A stretch of 63,217 bases of DNA, the filler included, from Octopus bimaculoides (Eukaryota), in NCBI RefSeq assembly GCF_001194135.2. It is 6 parts of 5 records of this genome, joined end to end, with 100 filler letters (N's around TTAATTAATTAA, not from the genome) between each part and the next. Parts side by side here need not be neighbours in the genome. Positions count along the whole stretch, not along the records: positions 34,335 to 41,747 come from NC_069000.1; positions 41,848 to 52,987 come from NC_069005.1; positions 53,088 to 61,828 come from NC_069003.1; 3 more parts are not named here. One strand, given 5' to 3'. Of this stretch, positions 40,934 to 53,860 are shown in pieces. The notes under the pieces were generated by a model. The model was not told the origin of the DNA and did not search any database. It saw nothing but the letters and a program-made list of their open reading frames with translations. Each line of letters begins with the position of its first letter. Within the stretch, counting starts at the first letter, position 1. Both the position numbers and the translations under genes were made by a program.

Positions 40934-41631
40934 ACAGGACTAACCTAGGGTTCAACAACAACAACGCTAGAGGAGAATGTATAACACAATGAATGCTGGA
41001 CACCGCTTCTACACTCGCGTTCATACACAACACTCCACACAAGATAGAATATATATAGTTCAGCCAGCTCTAAGAGAAAGGAAACTTCTACACGCGCATT
41101 TATACAGAATATTATTTTACACCCATCAGAATACAGGACTATATATATCAATGCTAGATCTATCAGAAATCATCTACACCCACGTTTATTGTAAACAGAA
41201 GAGTTTGTCTTGCGCAGCCAGAGACCACTTACACACTTACGTTTATACTTAACACTTAAACAGTTAAACTGAATATATTGTAGTTATCGGCCTAATTAAG
41301 ATTAACACTCGTCACTGAAGGGGCTCCCAGCTACTTTTCTCACCTTCATTTCCCCACCTCTTCCTTTCACCTCTTTCCCGCTCTTTTTCTTTTTTTTTTT
41401 AATCTGTAGTTTAAAACCATTACAAGTCTCTCCCGACTTCCTTCCTTTTATATAGTGCACGCGCAGAATTTAAAATGGCTCTAGCCGGCAACCGTAACCG
41501 GGTCACTTAATTCGACGAACTGGTCACGATTGGTCACGGAAGTTTACCTTTTATAAATTAATTTCTACAAATGGACTTCAGATAATTACAAAAAGAATGA
41601 GAAAAATAAACATACGTACTTATGCGTGCAC

Positions 41632-41693
<62 letters not shown>

Positions 41694-41927
41694 GTACATA
41701 TAAATATGTATGTATATATGTATATATATACATACATATATATATATNNNNNNNNNNNNNNNNNNNNNNNNNNNNNNNNNNNNNNNNNNNNTTAATTAAT
41801 TAANNNNNNNNNNNNNNNNNNNNNNNNNNNNNNNNNNNNNNNNNNNNTGTACTTGATATACGAACTTTAGGTTAACTGAAATATGTTTGTGATATATTTT
41901 AGCTTCTAAAGGAAAATTCATTGCAGT

Positions 41928-42351
41928 TACTCTTTTACTCTTTTACTTGTTTCAGTTATTTGACTGCGGCCATGCTGGAGCACCACCTTTAGTCGAGCAA
42001 ATCGACCCCAGGGCTTATTTTTTGTAAGCCTAGTACGTATTCTATCGGTCTCTTTTGCCGAACCGGTAAGTTACGGGGGACGTAAACACACCAGCATCGG
42101 TTATCAAGCAATGTTGGGGGGGGACATACACAAACACACAAACATATACACGCACATACATATATATATATATATATATACATATATACGACGGGCTTCT
42201 TTCAGTTTCCGTCTACCAAATCCACTCACAAGGCTTTAGTCGGCCCGAGGTTATAGTAGAAGACACTTTCCCAAGGTGCCACGCAGTGGGACTGAACCCG
42301 GAAATATGTGGTTCGTAAGCAAGCTACTTACCACACAGCCACTCCTACGCC
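41928..42351 (-). mobile_element. SINE family A, full copy (tRNA-like head, CORE-like segment, internal (TA)n/(GT)n, (AAAAGAGTA)n tail)
   Basis: Head with A/B-box-like TGGCTGTGTGG and GGTTCAGTCCC; accttgggaaagtgtctt resembles the MIR CORE motif. More than 15 full or half copies in the window. Confidence 0.85.
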
Positions 42352-44120
42352 TACACTGTGGAAAGAAAATCTCCCTTACGGTACAAAGTGCAAAGTCACC
42401 ATATCTGCCTAGTGTCGACCCCTGTCGGAGTCTCGGGTGCAGCATTTCTAGCTCTTTAGCCATTACTAATGGAAAATACCGAAGTGAGGTAACTCTGGGT
42501 AGATTTAAAGTCGCTGCTTTAACTAAAACATGGTCAACATTGAAATATCTCATAAATATATTTTAACTAATCTAAAGTTCCCTTAAACCTAAACACTACT
42601 TTGCTCCGATTTTGTTGGATTTCTTCCGACCCAACGGTTTGATAGCGCAACTCAATGTTGTTGACTGTGTTTTAGCTAAAGCTTCGTTTTTAAATTTGCC
42701 CAGAGTTACCTCCCGTCTGTATTTGTCATTGATAACGGTTAAAGAAACGCCGTCTGAGAATCCACCAGTAAGTAACACTGGGCAGATATAACGTCTTTAG
42801 ACTTTTTGCCATAAAAGGGAATGTTTTCTCTACGGTAACTACAGTGAATTCAGATCTTAGAAGATGAAATATGTCAAAAACATATTTTATTTAACATAAA
42901 ATTCGCTTATGCCTAATGACTGATTGGCGCTGATACTGCTGAACACACACACACACACACACACACGCAAACATATATATGATGCTATATTAATATTTAC
43001 AAGGAAGAATTTGACTGTAGTGTGTGGGTTTGTATGTGTGTATGCGTGCGAGTAAAATTCTAGCATTTTGCTCTCCTATAAACGTGAATTAGCAAACTAC
43101 TTTCCACTTAGTGTTTGGTTACTTGATAATTTTATACCACCCATAACTTACGGTGCCAAAAACAACCCACCTTACTCTCCACAAACCATAGTACGTCTGT
43201 GATCGCACTTCTTGGCTAAAGTCAAAGTATTGACGTTTCGAATTAGTGTCCATTTACCACCACAGTTTTGCAATTTTTAAAGAATGACGCACATGCATGG
43301 TGAGGATTTCAATAGTATTGTTAACTCGTTTCTTATTGGTTATTCAGTTTTCTTCACAAGGGAAAGCAGTTGTACTGGAAATTTAATCTTTCGTTATCAA
43401 AAGAATTTACACCATATGGTTTTTCTTTTAATATCTATTTCATTTAATTAACGTTTTAACTGTAATATTTCTCCCGTTATATTTGCAGAAATATTGTCCC
43501 AACGTTTCCAAATCTTCGGTGCAAACCAATTGAATGTATACTAGATACATTGTATTTGTTATGGAGTAAAACTGAGAAAAGTGAAAATAAATAGAAATAG
43601 GTAAACATTATTTGTTACAAGTATTTCATAATAATTTATACAATTAATAGCTTATTTCAGATCAGGTATTAAGGACGATAAATTATAATTTACAAATTTT
43701 TAAAACAGGTTCCTATGTATGTCTGTGGTTGGAAGACACAAATAAGGTTGCTCTTACCTCGAGATGCAATCGGCAACTGTATATGAAACTTCGGATCACA
43801 GGAATCAGCAAAACTCAACGGTCGTACACTAATGTGCACTCTACCCGAGCTTCTGGCCCCAAAATTTACTTCCTTAAAAGAATCTCCGAAACACTTCTGT
43901 CGCGCTCGACGCCCCGGCGAAGAAAGAAACTTTTCGAAGAACCCGCTTCTTGATGTGACATCACCTCCCCTCTCTTCCGGTTCCGTCGGCCTCATCGATC
44001 ATTTCATTCTTCCACAGTATCACACTGCCGATAAGCCAGTTATTGTAGAATTTGTCCTACAGTAATATATTTTATGGAATTGGTGTGTTAAAAACACAAT
44101 AAATACCACAGAAACAAACA

Positions 44121-44329
44121 GGCAGACAGAAAAAGTTCCTGGCTTTAAGGGTGTCGCGAAAGGCCCGGTTGGAGGCCTAACCTTCCGAGTCCTTTTACAG
44201 AGCTTAGAAAAGATGAAGGACCGATGCAACAAGTGTGTGAATCTGAGAGGGGAATATGTTGAATAAATTCATAATTAACCGATTCTCTTGTATTTTCTAT
44301 TTCCCAAAACCAGGAACTTTTCAGACCCC
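44121..44329 (+). mobile_element. Short mariner-derived MITE retaining the transposase tail
   Basis: aaagttcctgg near the left end and ccaggaactttt near the right end. 44201-44266 encodes SLEKMKDRCNKCVNLRGEYVE*, a mariner C-terminus. Confidence 0.6.
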
Positions 44330-44446
44330 NNNNNNNNNNTTAAATTCCTTCGAGGCGACCTGAAAACTTTTACTGGTCATAAGATTCAGTGCCGCAATGC
44401 AGAGACAGATTTCCTGTTTTGTGATGGGAATATATATATTGAGGTT

Positions 44447-44661
44447 AAGGCAGTGAGCTGGCAAAATCGTTAGCACACGAGGTAAAACGCTTAGCGGTAT
44501 TTCGTCCGTCTTTACTTTCTGAGTTCAAATTCCGCCGAAGTCAACATTGCCTTTCATCTTTTCGGGGTCGATAAATTAAGTAACAGCTGAATTCTAGGGT
44601 CGATGTAATCGACTTACTCTTGCCTCCAAATTTGCTGGCCTTGTGCCAAAATTTGAAATCA
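44447..44661 (+). mobile_element. SINE family B (aaggcagtgagctggca head) with ~15-bp TSD; other copies at ~318-535, 543-680 and 6815-7022 (-)
   Basis: B-box-like gagttcaaattcc; flanked by atatatattg(a/t)ggtt on both sides. Confidence 0.75.
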
Positions 44662-44789
44662 ATATATATTGTGGTTAGGTTTTCACATCTAAATAAATTC
44701 ATTCATACCCATACATAAGTGTGTACATAGAACCTGTCAACTCGGAGACGAGTATGATCGCCACCGACAAATTATGATATCCTAGATGT

Positions 44790-45480
44790 TAAAGACAATG
44801 GCTGTCAGCAATGTCCCTGGTGAAATTTAGTTCAATAGCAGCTGACACAGTATCTCTAAAACTCATACCTACAAAGCCTAGTACAGAAACAAGCAAGAGA
44901 AAGATTTCAGAATTTGCAACGAGGCAAAATTTATTTCGGAAGTTTCTTCCTCTATAGGGATGTCTAAATAAACACTCGGGGTTTCTCACTTCCAGCTGTT
45001 GGGTGTCTCTTGACTCTACACCAAAACCGAATATTCGCCAGCGGTTGTTTGCAAATATTCACACGTCGTTGAGCCTTGTCGTTGACCAGTTCATGAGGAC
45101 CTTTTTCGACAGCGTCTATTCACAAGGCAGAGGTATGAAGGTGTTGATTGGTGGAGCTTCGTGAAGGACCAAGTGCTTGTGCTTGGTTGATGCTCAACCA
45201 TTCCAAGCGAGGCCTCATTTTCCGTAACGGACCTCCCTGAGTGTGGTTTGTCTTCGAAATTGGCGTCACCTTCCTTGAAACATCTGAACCGGTTTTGTGC
45301 CACACGTTCGCTGACAGCCCCTGGGCTTTCCACATCATCAATTTCTTCTGCCGCTTCCCTTGCACTCAGACTTACTTTTTTTTTTTACCACAGGTTGCGT
45401 GAAATGGCTGTAATAGAAATTTTTTCACTACTCTTTATCAAAGCAGTAAAATAAACAATAAACAATGTTTGTGTTAAAAA
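44790..45480 (-). mobile_element. Degenerate mariner transposase remnant
   Basis: VSERVAQNRFRCFKEGDANFEDKPHSGR (HTH) and PHEL motif, heavily frameshifted. Confidence 0.7.
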
Positions 45481-47132
45481 TGAAAATAAATTATAAACAG
45501 NNNNNNNNNNNNNNNNNNNNNNNNNNNNNNNNNNNNNNNNNNNNNNNNNNNNNNNNNNNNNNNNNNNNNNNNNNNNNNNNNNNNNNNNNNNNNNNNNNNN
45601 NNNNNNNNNNNNNNNNNNNNNNNNNNNNNNNNNNNNNNNNNNNNNTGTCTGTGTTTGTTCCCCAATATCGCTTGACAACCGATGTTGGTGTGTTTACGTC
45701 CCGTAACTTAGCGGTTCGGCAAAAGACGCCGATAGAATAAGTACTAGGCTTACAAAGAATAAGTCCGGGGTCGATTTGCTCGACTAAAGGCGGTGCTCCA
45801 GCATGGCCACAGTCAAATGACTGAAACAAGTAAAAGAGTAAAAGAATAAAAGAGAGTTCAGAAACCATTGCATCTCAAGTTGTGTCAAATTAAGGTCATA
45901 ACATGAAGATACAAGTTGCCAAAAATTATCAGTGAAAATCCGATAAAACTTTTAACTCAAGCTGGTATATATAAAAGGCTTCTTTCAGTTTCCGTCGCCC
46001 AAATCCGCTCATATTGCTTTAGTCGCCCAGGGCTACATTAGACGACGCTCATCCAAGGTGCCACGCAGTGGGATTGAACTCAGAACCATGTTGTTATGAA
46101 TCAAGCTTCTCACCGCACAGTCACGCCCGCGTGAATTACTGGTACAATCCACTCGACGACTGAGTATTTCACAGACACCTGTGCTCTTAAAGTGACCTCA
46201 AAGCAGAATCTGTGTTACACAGGAGAACTAAGAGTTAGTTGTAACATCTATCATTCTGCCAGGGTTCGACACAGTTTCCTTTTGTCCCAGTTTCACTCAT
46301 AACTTTTGGATCGCCACAAAGCTATGGTAAAATGCACTTTCATACACAAAACATCGCTCAAAAATGCCAGACAATGCAATCGAAACTTAGACAGCATGAT
46401 TGCGAAGCGAGCATTTTAACCACACAACCAAGAATTCTATAGTTGTATACTGAAATAACAATGCACTGAAAAAAATATATACGGATGTGAGTGTATATGT
46501 GTATATGCATATATATATATATATATANNNNNNNNNNNNNNNNNNNNNNNNNNNNNNNNNNNNNNNNNNNNNNNNNNNNNNNNNNNNNNNNNNNNNNNNN
46601 NNNNNNNNNNNNNNNNNNNNNNNNNNNNNNNNNNNNNNNNNNNNNNNNNNNNNNNNNNNNNNNNNNNNNNNNNNNNNNNNNNNNNNNNNNNNNNNNNNNN
46701 NNNNNNNNNNNNNNNNNNNNNNNNNNNNNNNNNNNNNNNNNNNNNNNNNNNNNNNNNNNNNNNNNNNNNNNNNNNNNNNNNNNNNNNNNNNNNNNNNNNN
46801 NNNNNNNNNNNNNNNNNNNNNNNNNNNNNNNNNNNNNNNNNNNNNNNNNNNNNNNNNNNNNNNNNNNNNNNNNNNNNNNNNNNNNNNNNNNNNNNNNNNN
46901 NNNNNNNNNNNNNNNNNNNNNNNNNNNNNNNNNNNNNNNNNNNNNNNNNNNNNNNNNNNNNNNNNNNNNNNNNNNNNNNNNNNNNNNNNNNNNNNNNNNN
47001 NNNNNNNNNNNNNNNNNNNNNNNNNNNNNNNNNNNNNNNNNNNNNNNNNNNNNNNNNNNNNNNNNNNNNNNNNNNNNNNNNNNNNNNNNNNNNNNNNNNN
47101 NNNNNNNNNNNNNNNNNNNNNNNNNNNNNNNN

Positions 47133-47162
47133 CTCACTCTTTCTATCTGTTTCTCTCTCTAC

Positions 47163-47193
<31 letters not shown>

Positions 47194-47217
47194 ACTCTTT
47201 CTATCTGTTTCTCTCTC

Positions 47218-47261
<44 letters not shown>

Positions 47262-47527
47262 GCTTTCTATCACCGTTTCTATCTCTCTCTCTCTCTCCCT
47301 CTCTCGCTCTCTTCCAATTTAGAGTCATTTCTCGATGGGTTCCCATTCATTTTATCAATGAAACAAATATCATTTCGCTATCTCCTTTTGTCTATTATCT
47401 ACGCACTTAGTTTTCAGTTTATATATTTATTTTTTCGTTCTTCTTCTTCTTCTTCTTCTTCTTCTTCTTCTTCTTCTTCTTCTTCTTCTTCTTCTTCAAC
47501 TACTACCACCTTCACTACTAGTGCTCA

Positions 47528-47579
<52 letters not shown>

Positions 47580-47805
47580 TTGCCGCTGCTGCTGCTACTG
47601 CTTCTGTACGGATAAAAATAAATAAATAGCCATGATGATGATGATGATGGTGGTGGTGGTAAGTGTTTACGATAATACAATCAATGGAAAAATATTTTCC
47701 ATTGATTTTATTTCTCATATTTTTAATCTTTTTTTTTTTTATTTGATCATCACTACCATCATTATCCTTATCATCGATCATCTTCATCGTTCGCCATCAT
47801 CATCG

Positions 47806-47838
<33 letters not shown>

Positions 47839-47908
47839 CCACCATCATCATCATCATCATTATCATCATCATCATCATCACTACCATCATCATCATCATC
47901 ATCATAAT

Positions 47909-47950
<42 letters not shown>

Positions 47951-48008
47951 TATCATCATCATCATCATCACAACCATCATCATCATCATCATCATCATCA
48001 CCACCATC

Positions 48009-48040
<32 letters not shown>

Positions 48041-48115
48041 CATTATCATCATCATCATCATCATCACTACCATCATCATCATCACCATCATCATCATCAT
48101 TATCATCATTATCAC
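47133..48115. repeat. Compound microsatellite block: (CT)n, (TTC)n, (ACT)n, (ATG)n and ~300 bp of imperfect (CAT)n
   Basis: Read directly; it accounts for the poly-S, poly-L and poly-M ORFs in the track. Confidence 0.95.
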
Positions 48116-48517
48116 TCGATTTCGTTTTTACCGCTCCTTTTTTCTTCTTCTTTCCCTTTTTTCTTGTATATGGAGGAAGATTCTCCCCCCCCCCCCNNNN
48201 NNNNNNNNNNNNNNNNNNNNNNNNNNNNNNNNNNNNNNNNNNNNNNNNNNNNNNNNNNNNNNNNNNNNNNNNNNNNNNNNNNNNNNNNNNNNNNNNNNNN
48301 NNNNNNNNNNNNNNNNNNNNNNNNNNNNNNNNNNNNNNNNNNNNNNNNNNNNNNNNNNNNNNNNNNNNNTGAGAAACTAGGGTAAATGAACAAGTCCCCT
48401 TTTTTGTTCCATTCTACTAGAGTGACGATACTAAGAGCTGAGTGTATAGATGCGCGCACGGTTTCCCTAGACCCAAGGGGTAGGTCGCTGGTCAAAAATC
48501 GAAGAGATTAAGAGGGA

Positions 48518-48939
48518 TACTCTTTTACTTACTCTCCTTACTCTTTTACTTGTTTTAGTCATTTGACTGTGGCCATGCTGGAGCACCGCCCTTAGTCGAG
48601 CAAATCGACCCCAGGACTTTTTTTTGTAAGCCTAGTACTTATTCTATCGGTCTCTTTCTGCCGAACCGCTAAGTTACAGGGACGTAAACACACCAGCATC
48701 GGTTGTCATGCGATGGTGCGGGGACAAACACAGACACACAAACACACATACAAACATATATATATATATATATATACGACGGGCTTCTTTCAGTTTCCGT
48801 CTACCAAATCCACTCACAAGGCTTTGGTCAGCCCAAGGCTATAGCAGAAGAAACTTGCCCAAGGTGCCACGCAGTGGGAGTGAACCTGGAACTATGTGGT
48901 TGGTAAGCAAGCTACTTACCACACAGCTACTCCTGCACC
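48518..48939 (-). mobile_element. SINE family A, full copy
   Basis: Colinear with 41928-42351, including the internal microsatellite. Confidence 0.85.
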
Positions 48940-48964
48940 TAGATGTAGATTTTTATTAACAATT

Positions 48965-49230
48965 TCGCAAAGCTTCACAAATGTTCAATACATGCCCTGC
49001 CTGTGACATGACGTTCGTCGAGTCAGTAGCGCAGCTCTTGCCAATCACGCTGTAGCATGTCTTGCATAACCTTCTCCAGCACATCAGTGATTCTCTGAGT
49101 TCCGCTTATAGGAAGAGGTTGGCATAGACCAGTCCTTTCACATAACCCCATGGAAAAAATCACAGAGTGTCAAGTCAGGTAAACGTGGTTGCCATTTCAC
49201 CAGCACACTCATTATTACTGGCATAACCTC
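48965..49230 (-). mobile_element. Degenerate Tc1/mariner-superfamily transposase C-terminus
   Basis: WQPRLPDLTLCDFF resembles WPPRSPDLTPCDFFLWG, followed by frameshifted C-terminal sequence. Confidence 0.65.
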
Positions 49231-49339
49231 TCCCAAATTAGATTTTCCACCTTTTGTTAAAATTTGAGATCCTTTGAGCGAGAATTGGCTGTTATTAGAG
49301 TCCGAAATAATGTCAATTATTTGGGGACATCTTCTCTGT

Positions 49340-49379
<40 letters not shown>

Positions 49380-50083
49380 NNNNNNNNNNNNNNNNNNNNN
49401 NNNNNNNNNNNNNNNNNNNNNNNNNNNNNNNNNNNNNNNNNNNNNNNNNNNNNNNNNNNNNNNNNNNNNNNNNNNNNNNNNNNNNNNNNNNNNNNNNNNN
49501 NNNNNNNNNNNNNNNNNNNNNNNNNNNNNNNNNNNNNNNNNNNNNNNNNNNNNNNNNNNNNNNNNNNNNNNNNNNNNNNNNNNNNNNNNNNNNNNNNNNN
49601 NNNNNNNNNNNNNNNNNNNNNNNNNNNNNNNNNNNNNNNNNNNNNNNNNNNNNNNNNNNNNNNNNNNNNNNNNNNNNNNNNNNNNNNNNNNNNNNNNNNN
49701 NNNNNNNNNNNNNNNNNNNNNNNNNNNNNNNNNNNNNNNNNNNNNNNNNNNNNNNNNNNNNNNNNNNNNNNNNNNNNNNNNNNNNNNNNNNNNNNNNNNN
49801 NNNNNNNNNNNNNNNNNNNNNNNNNNNNNNNNNNNNNNNNNNNNNNNNNNNNNNNNNNNNNNNNNNNNNNNNNNNNNNNNNNNNNNNNNNNNNNNNNNNN
49901 NNNNNNNNNNNNNNNNNNNNNNNNNNNNNNNNNNNNNNNNNNNNNNNNNNNNNNNNNNNNNNNNNNNNNNNNNNNNNNNNNNNNNNNNNNNNNNNNNNNN
50001 NNNNNNNNNNNNNNNNNNNNNNNNNNNNNNNNNNNNNNNNNNNNNNNNNNNNNNNNNNNNNNNNNNNNNNNNNNNNNNNNNNN

Positions 50084-50578
50084 CTTAAATGCAAAAGGCA
50101 ACACAAATCTTTGAAAACACTATTAACCAATGCCAAACTACATACACCACTTCCACCCCCATCAGTTAAAAAATGTGCACGCCCTAATTGTGGTACCTGC
50201 CCCTACCTACTTGAAGGCTCTGAATTTACCTTCAAACGAGGAACAAAGTTTAAAATCAAAACCAATTTCTCTTGTTCCTCTGGTAACCTCATTTATGTCC
50301 TCACTTGCGCAGGATGCCAAAACTTCTATATTGGACAAACGAGCCTCCCGTTGCGTAGAAGAGTAGCAGTCCATAAGGAACAAATAAATCTCCCTCAATA
50401 CCGCCAAATTCCACTCAGTGGCCATATAGACTCTTGTGCCAGAAACAAAAGCCCTAAATTCCTTATATTCCCTTTCTATCAGTGTAAAGACAGAATCTCC
50501 ACACAAGAAAGAATCAACAAGGAGAATCTTTTCATAGAGAAATTCCAACCATTTCTTAACACACACACCCCTCAGTGA
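50084..50578 (+). mobile_element. Penelope-like element, uninterrupted GIY-YIG endonuclease C-terminal ORF
   Basis: C.RPNCGTC...FSCSS.NLIYVLTC.GC..FYIGQT...LRRR...H...E..FI....P.LN*. 164 codons with no stop; 5' end in a gap. Confidence 0.88.
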
Positions 50579-52923
50579 CCTTATTTCTCTAGGAACAGAC
50601 ATAAACTTCCTGTTGAAAAAGAGTTCATAACTCCAACTAAAAACATNNNNNNNNNNNNNNNNNNNNNNNNNNNNNNNNNNNNNNNNNNNNNNNNNNNNNN
50701 NNNNNNNNNNNNNNNNNNNNNNNNNNNNNNNNNNNNNNNNNNNNNNNNNNNNNNNNNNNNNNNNNNNNNNNNNNNNNNNNNNNNNNNNNNNNNNNNNNNN
50801 NNNNNNNNNNNNNNNNNNNNNNNNNNNNNNNNNNNNNNNNNNNNNNNNNNNNNNNNNNNNNNNNNNNNNNNNNNNNNNNNNNNNNNNNNNNNNNNNNNNN
50901 NNNNNNNNNNNNNNNNNNNNNNNNNNNNNNNNNNNNNNNNNNNNNNNNNNNNNNNNNNNNNNNNNNNNNNNNNNNNNNNNNNNNNNNNNNNNNNNNNNNN
51001 NNNNNNNNNNNNNNNNNNNNNNNNNNNNNNNNNNNNNNNNNNNNNNNNNNNNNNNNNNNNNNNNNNNNNNNNNNNNNNNNNNNNNNNNNNNNNNNNNNNN
51101 NNNNNNNNNNNNNNNNNNNNNNNNNNNNATATATGTATGTATGTATGCGTATATGTTTGTGTGTTTGTGTTTGTCCCCCCAACATCGCTTGACAACCGAT
51201 GGTGGTGTGCTTACGTTCCCGTAACTTAGCGGTTAGGCAAAGAGACCGATAGAATAAGTACTAGGCTTACAAAGAATAAGTCCTGAGGTCGATTTGCTCC
51301 AGCATGGCCACAGTCAAATTACTGAAACAAGAGTAAGGAGTAAAGAGTAAATGTTTATGCTGTACATTAGCTCGCTCCTTCCATCACATCGACACGTCCT
51401 GAAAGACGTCAGGTGTGGAAGCGATCACAGAACAAGGTGAGATGAAGTGTTTTGGTCAAGAACACAACACATCGCTCGTTCCATGAATCGAAAGCACGAT
51501 CTCGCGACCGTAAATGCAACAGCCAGCAACTAGGGCATGCGCCCTTGAAAACACCTGCGCGTGCGCACACATACACACAGTGAGTGAGAGAGGGAGGTGG
51601 AGAGCGAGATGATACACACATATATATATATAAAGAAGAAGAAGAAGAAGAAGAAGAAGAAGAAGAAGAAGAAGAAGAAGAAGAAGAAGAAGAAGATGAA
51701 GAAGAGGAGGAGGAGGAGGAGTGGGGGAAGAGAAAGAAAGCAAGAAAAAAAGAAAATTGGAAATTACCTCAAAGAAATGGTAATGAAAATCAGAACATTC
51801 AAAGAGAGGAAAAGTTGAAAAAAGAAATTCAAAACCTAGACAATGGACAACAGATTCTTGAGAAATTAATTCCGTCCGAGCTAGAATGTAATCTTTGATC
51901 TTGTAGCATTGGTTCCACCAAGAACGATAGGATCCAATGGGTTATGGTACACTGCGCAACCCTTCTCCGGAGTTGCCAACTTTTGGTTCCATTTCGTTTT
52001 ACTTACTTGGTATAAATGATGTTATACGTCCACACATGTATAATGTATGCCTGCATGTTTATGGGTGTATGTCAGTGTGTATGTGTATGTGCATGCCTCT
52101 GTGTGTGTGCGTGTGTGTATGTGTGTTAATGTCTCAAATGGAGTTAGTATGAAGCTGAAAATATTTATATATGTGAATAAGCACAGATGTGTGTATGTGT
52201 ATGCGCTTAGTGGGGTATGTGCGTGTCAGTCTATAAGTCTATGTATCCGTTCTATTATTTTTCTTTTACATTTTTCAGCTATTAGAATTAGACTGTGGCC
52301 ATGCTAGAGCACTATCTTGAAGAATTGATCCCAGTACTCATTCTTTTTTTTACTTTTGCCGAATCGGTAAATTACGGGAACGCAAACAAAACTACACCGG
52401 TTGTCAAGCGATGGCAGCGTGTAGTCAGAGGCACAAAGACATACACATATACATATGCATATATACGACAGGCTTCCTTCAGTTTCCGTCTCCCAAATCT
52501 ACTGAAAAGATTTTGGTCGGCCCGAGGTGCCACGCAGTGGGACTGAACCTAGTACCATGATTAGGAAGCAAATATCTGTTTAAATATATACGTGTGTGAG
52601 TGAATATATTTATACGTATATATACATAAGTATATATACGTATATATGTATGTGTGTGCGTCTGTGTGTGTGCATATACATACACATATGTATGTACATT
52701 TATATATACATGAGTCTTTGTATTTATATATATATATATATATATACATGCCTACGTACACAGACGCACACACACACACACACACGTATGTGTTTATATT
52801 TTTCTGTATGTGTATGTTCTTGTCTGCATTTGTGTACATGTGTGCATGCATGTGTATAAACGTCTGCCTGCGTATACGTTTCAGTCAAGTATTCTATATA
52901 CACCCGCCACATCACTGTATGTG

Positions 52924-52987
<64 letters not shown>

Positions 52988-53031
52988 NNNNNNNNNNNNN
53001 NNNNNNNNNNNNNNNNNNNNNNNNNNNNNNN

Positions 53032-53043
53032 TTAATTAATTAA
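53032..53043. other. Artificial scaffold linker TTAATTAATTAA inside an N gap (also at ~25084, 34279, 41792, 61873)
   Basis: The identical self-complementary 12-mer, with stops in all six frames, sits isolated within N runs five times. Confidence 0.9.
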
Positions 53044-53860
53044 NNNNNNNNNNNNNNNNNNNNNNNNNNNNNNNNNNNNNNNNNNNNATATATGCATGTG
53101 TTACGTTTTCGACACCGGCTCATAAAGTGAATTATCACAGAAACAAATGTATGTTATGAATGTGTATATATACATATACGTATACATATGCATATACATA
53201 CACACACAGACACACACACACACACACACACATTGTAGTATGTTTATATATATGTACACACGCGCGCGCGCACACACACACACAGACTCAGATACAGCAG
53301 ATTTGTTGTTTTTTTTCTCCAGTAAATGTCACTCCCTTACACACAAATAATAGTCCAGCACCAGAAATTGGGAAAGATTTATTGTTATTTGTTGATAGTA
53401 ACTGTCAAAAGGTTAAATCTCTTAATGAGAAATTTAATTGTTGTTTGTTGTGACAACTTATAAAAGAAATGATTATGCAGCGGTATATATTCTATCGACA
53501 AAGTCGACCCCCTTGACCGACACCTCCTTTTCTATCACGCTCCCTAATTATCTAAAATTATGGAACTTTAATCTATTCCCTGATTAGACTGGGAAATGTC
53601 CTACAGATATAATGAAAGCGTGCTCCATCTTCATCTAGAATTTTAACAAACTGCTTCATAATGCCAAATTTGATATGGAGTAGACGTAGGATAATTTTTT
53701 CCATGGTTGAACTAAAGACTCTTTAATCACATTAAAAGACTTCTGCGGCCATTCTTTGACCACTATGTTTTCCCCTGGATCTGTTGACTCACATAAAGCT
53801 CATGTCTTAAAGCTCATGTTTATCCCTCACTGATGAATGAATGGAGGCGGATGGCAGGTT

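Noticed and set aside
53323-53411. Exon candidate with NVT/NNS sequons upstream of the receptor TM3 exon
   Set aside because: TM1 and TM2 exons would have to lie between it and 54249, where the gap-free sequence contains none; the donor is weak.
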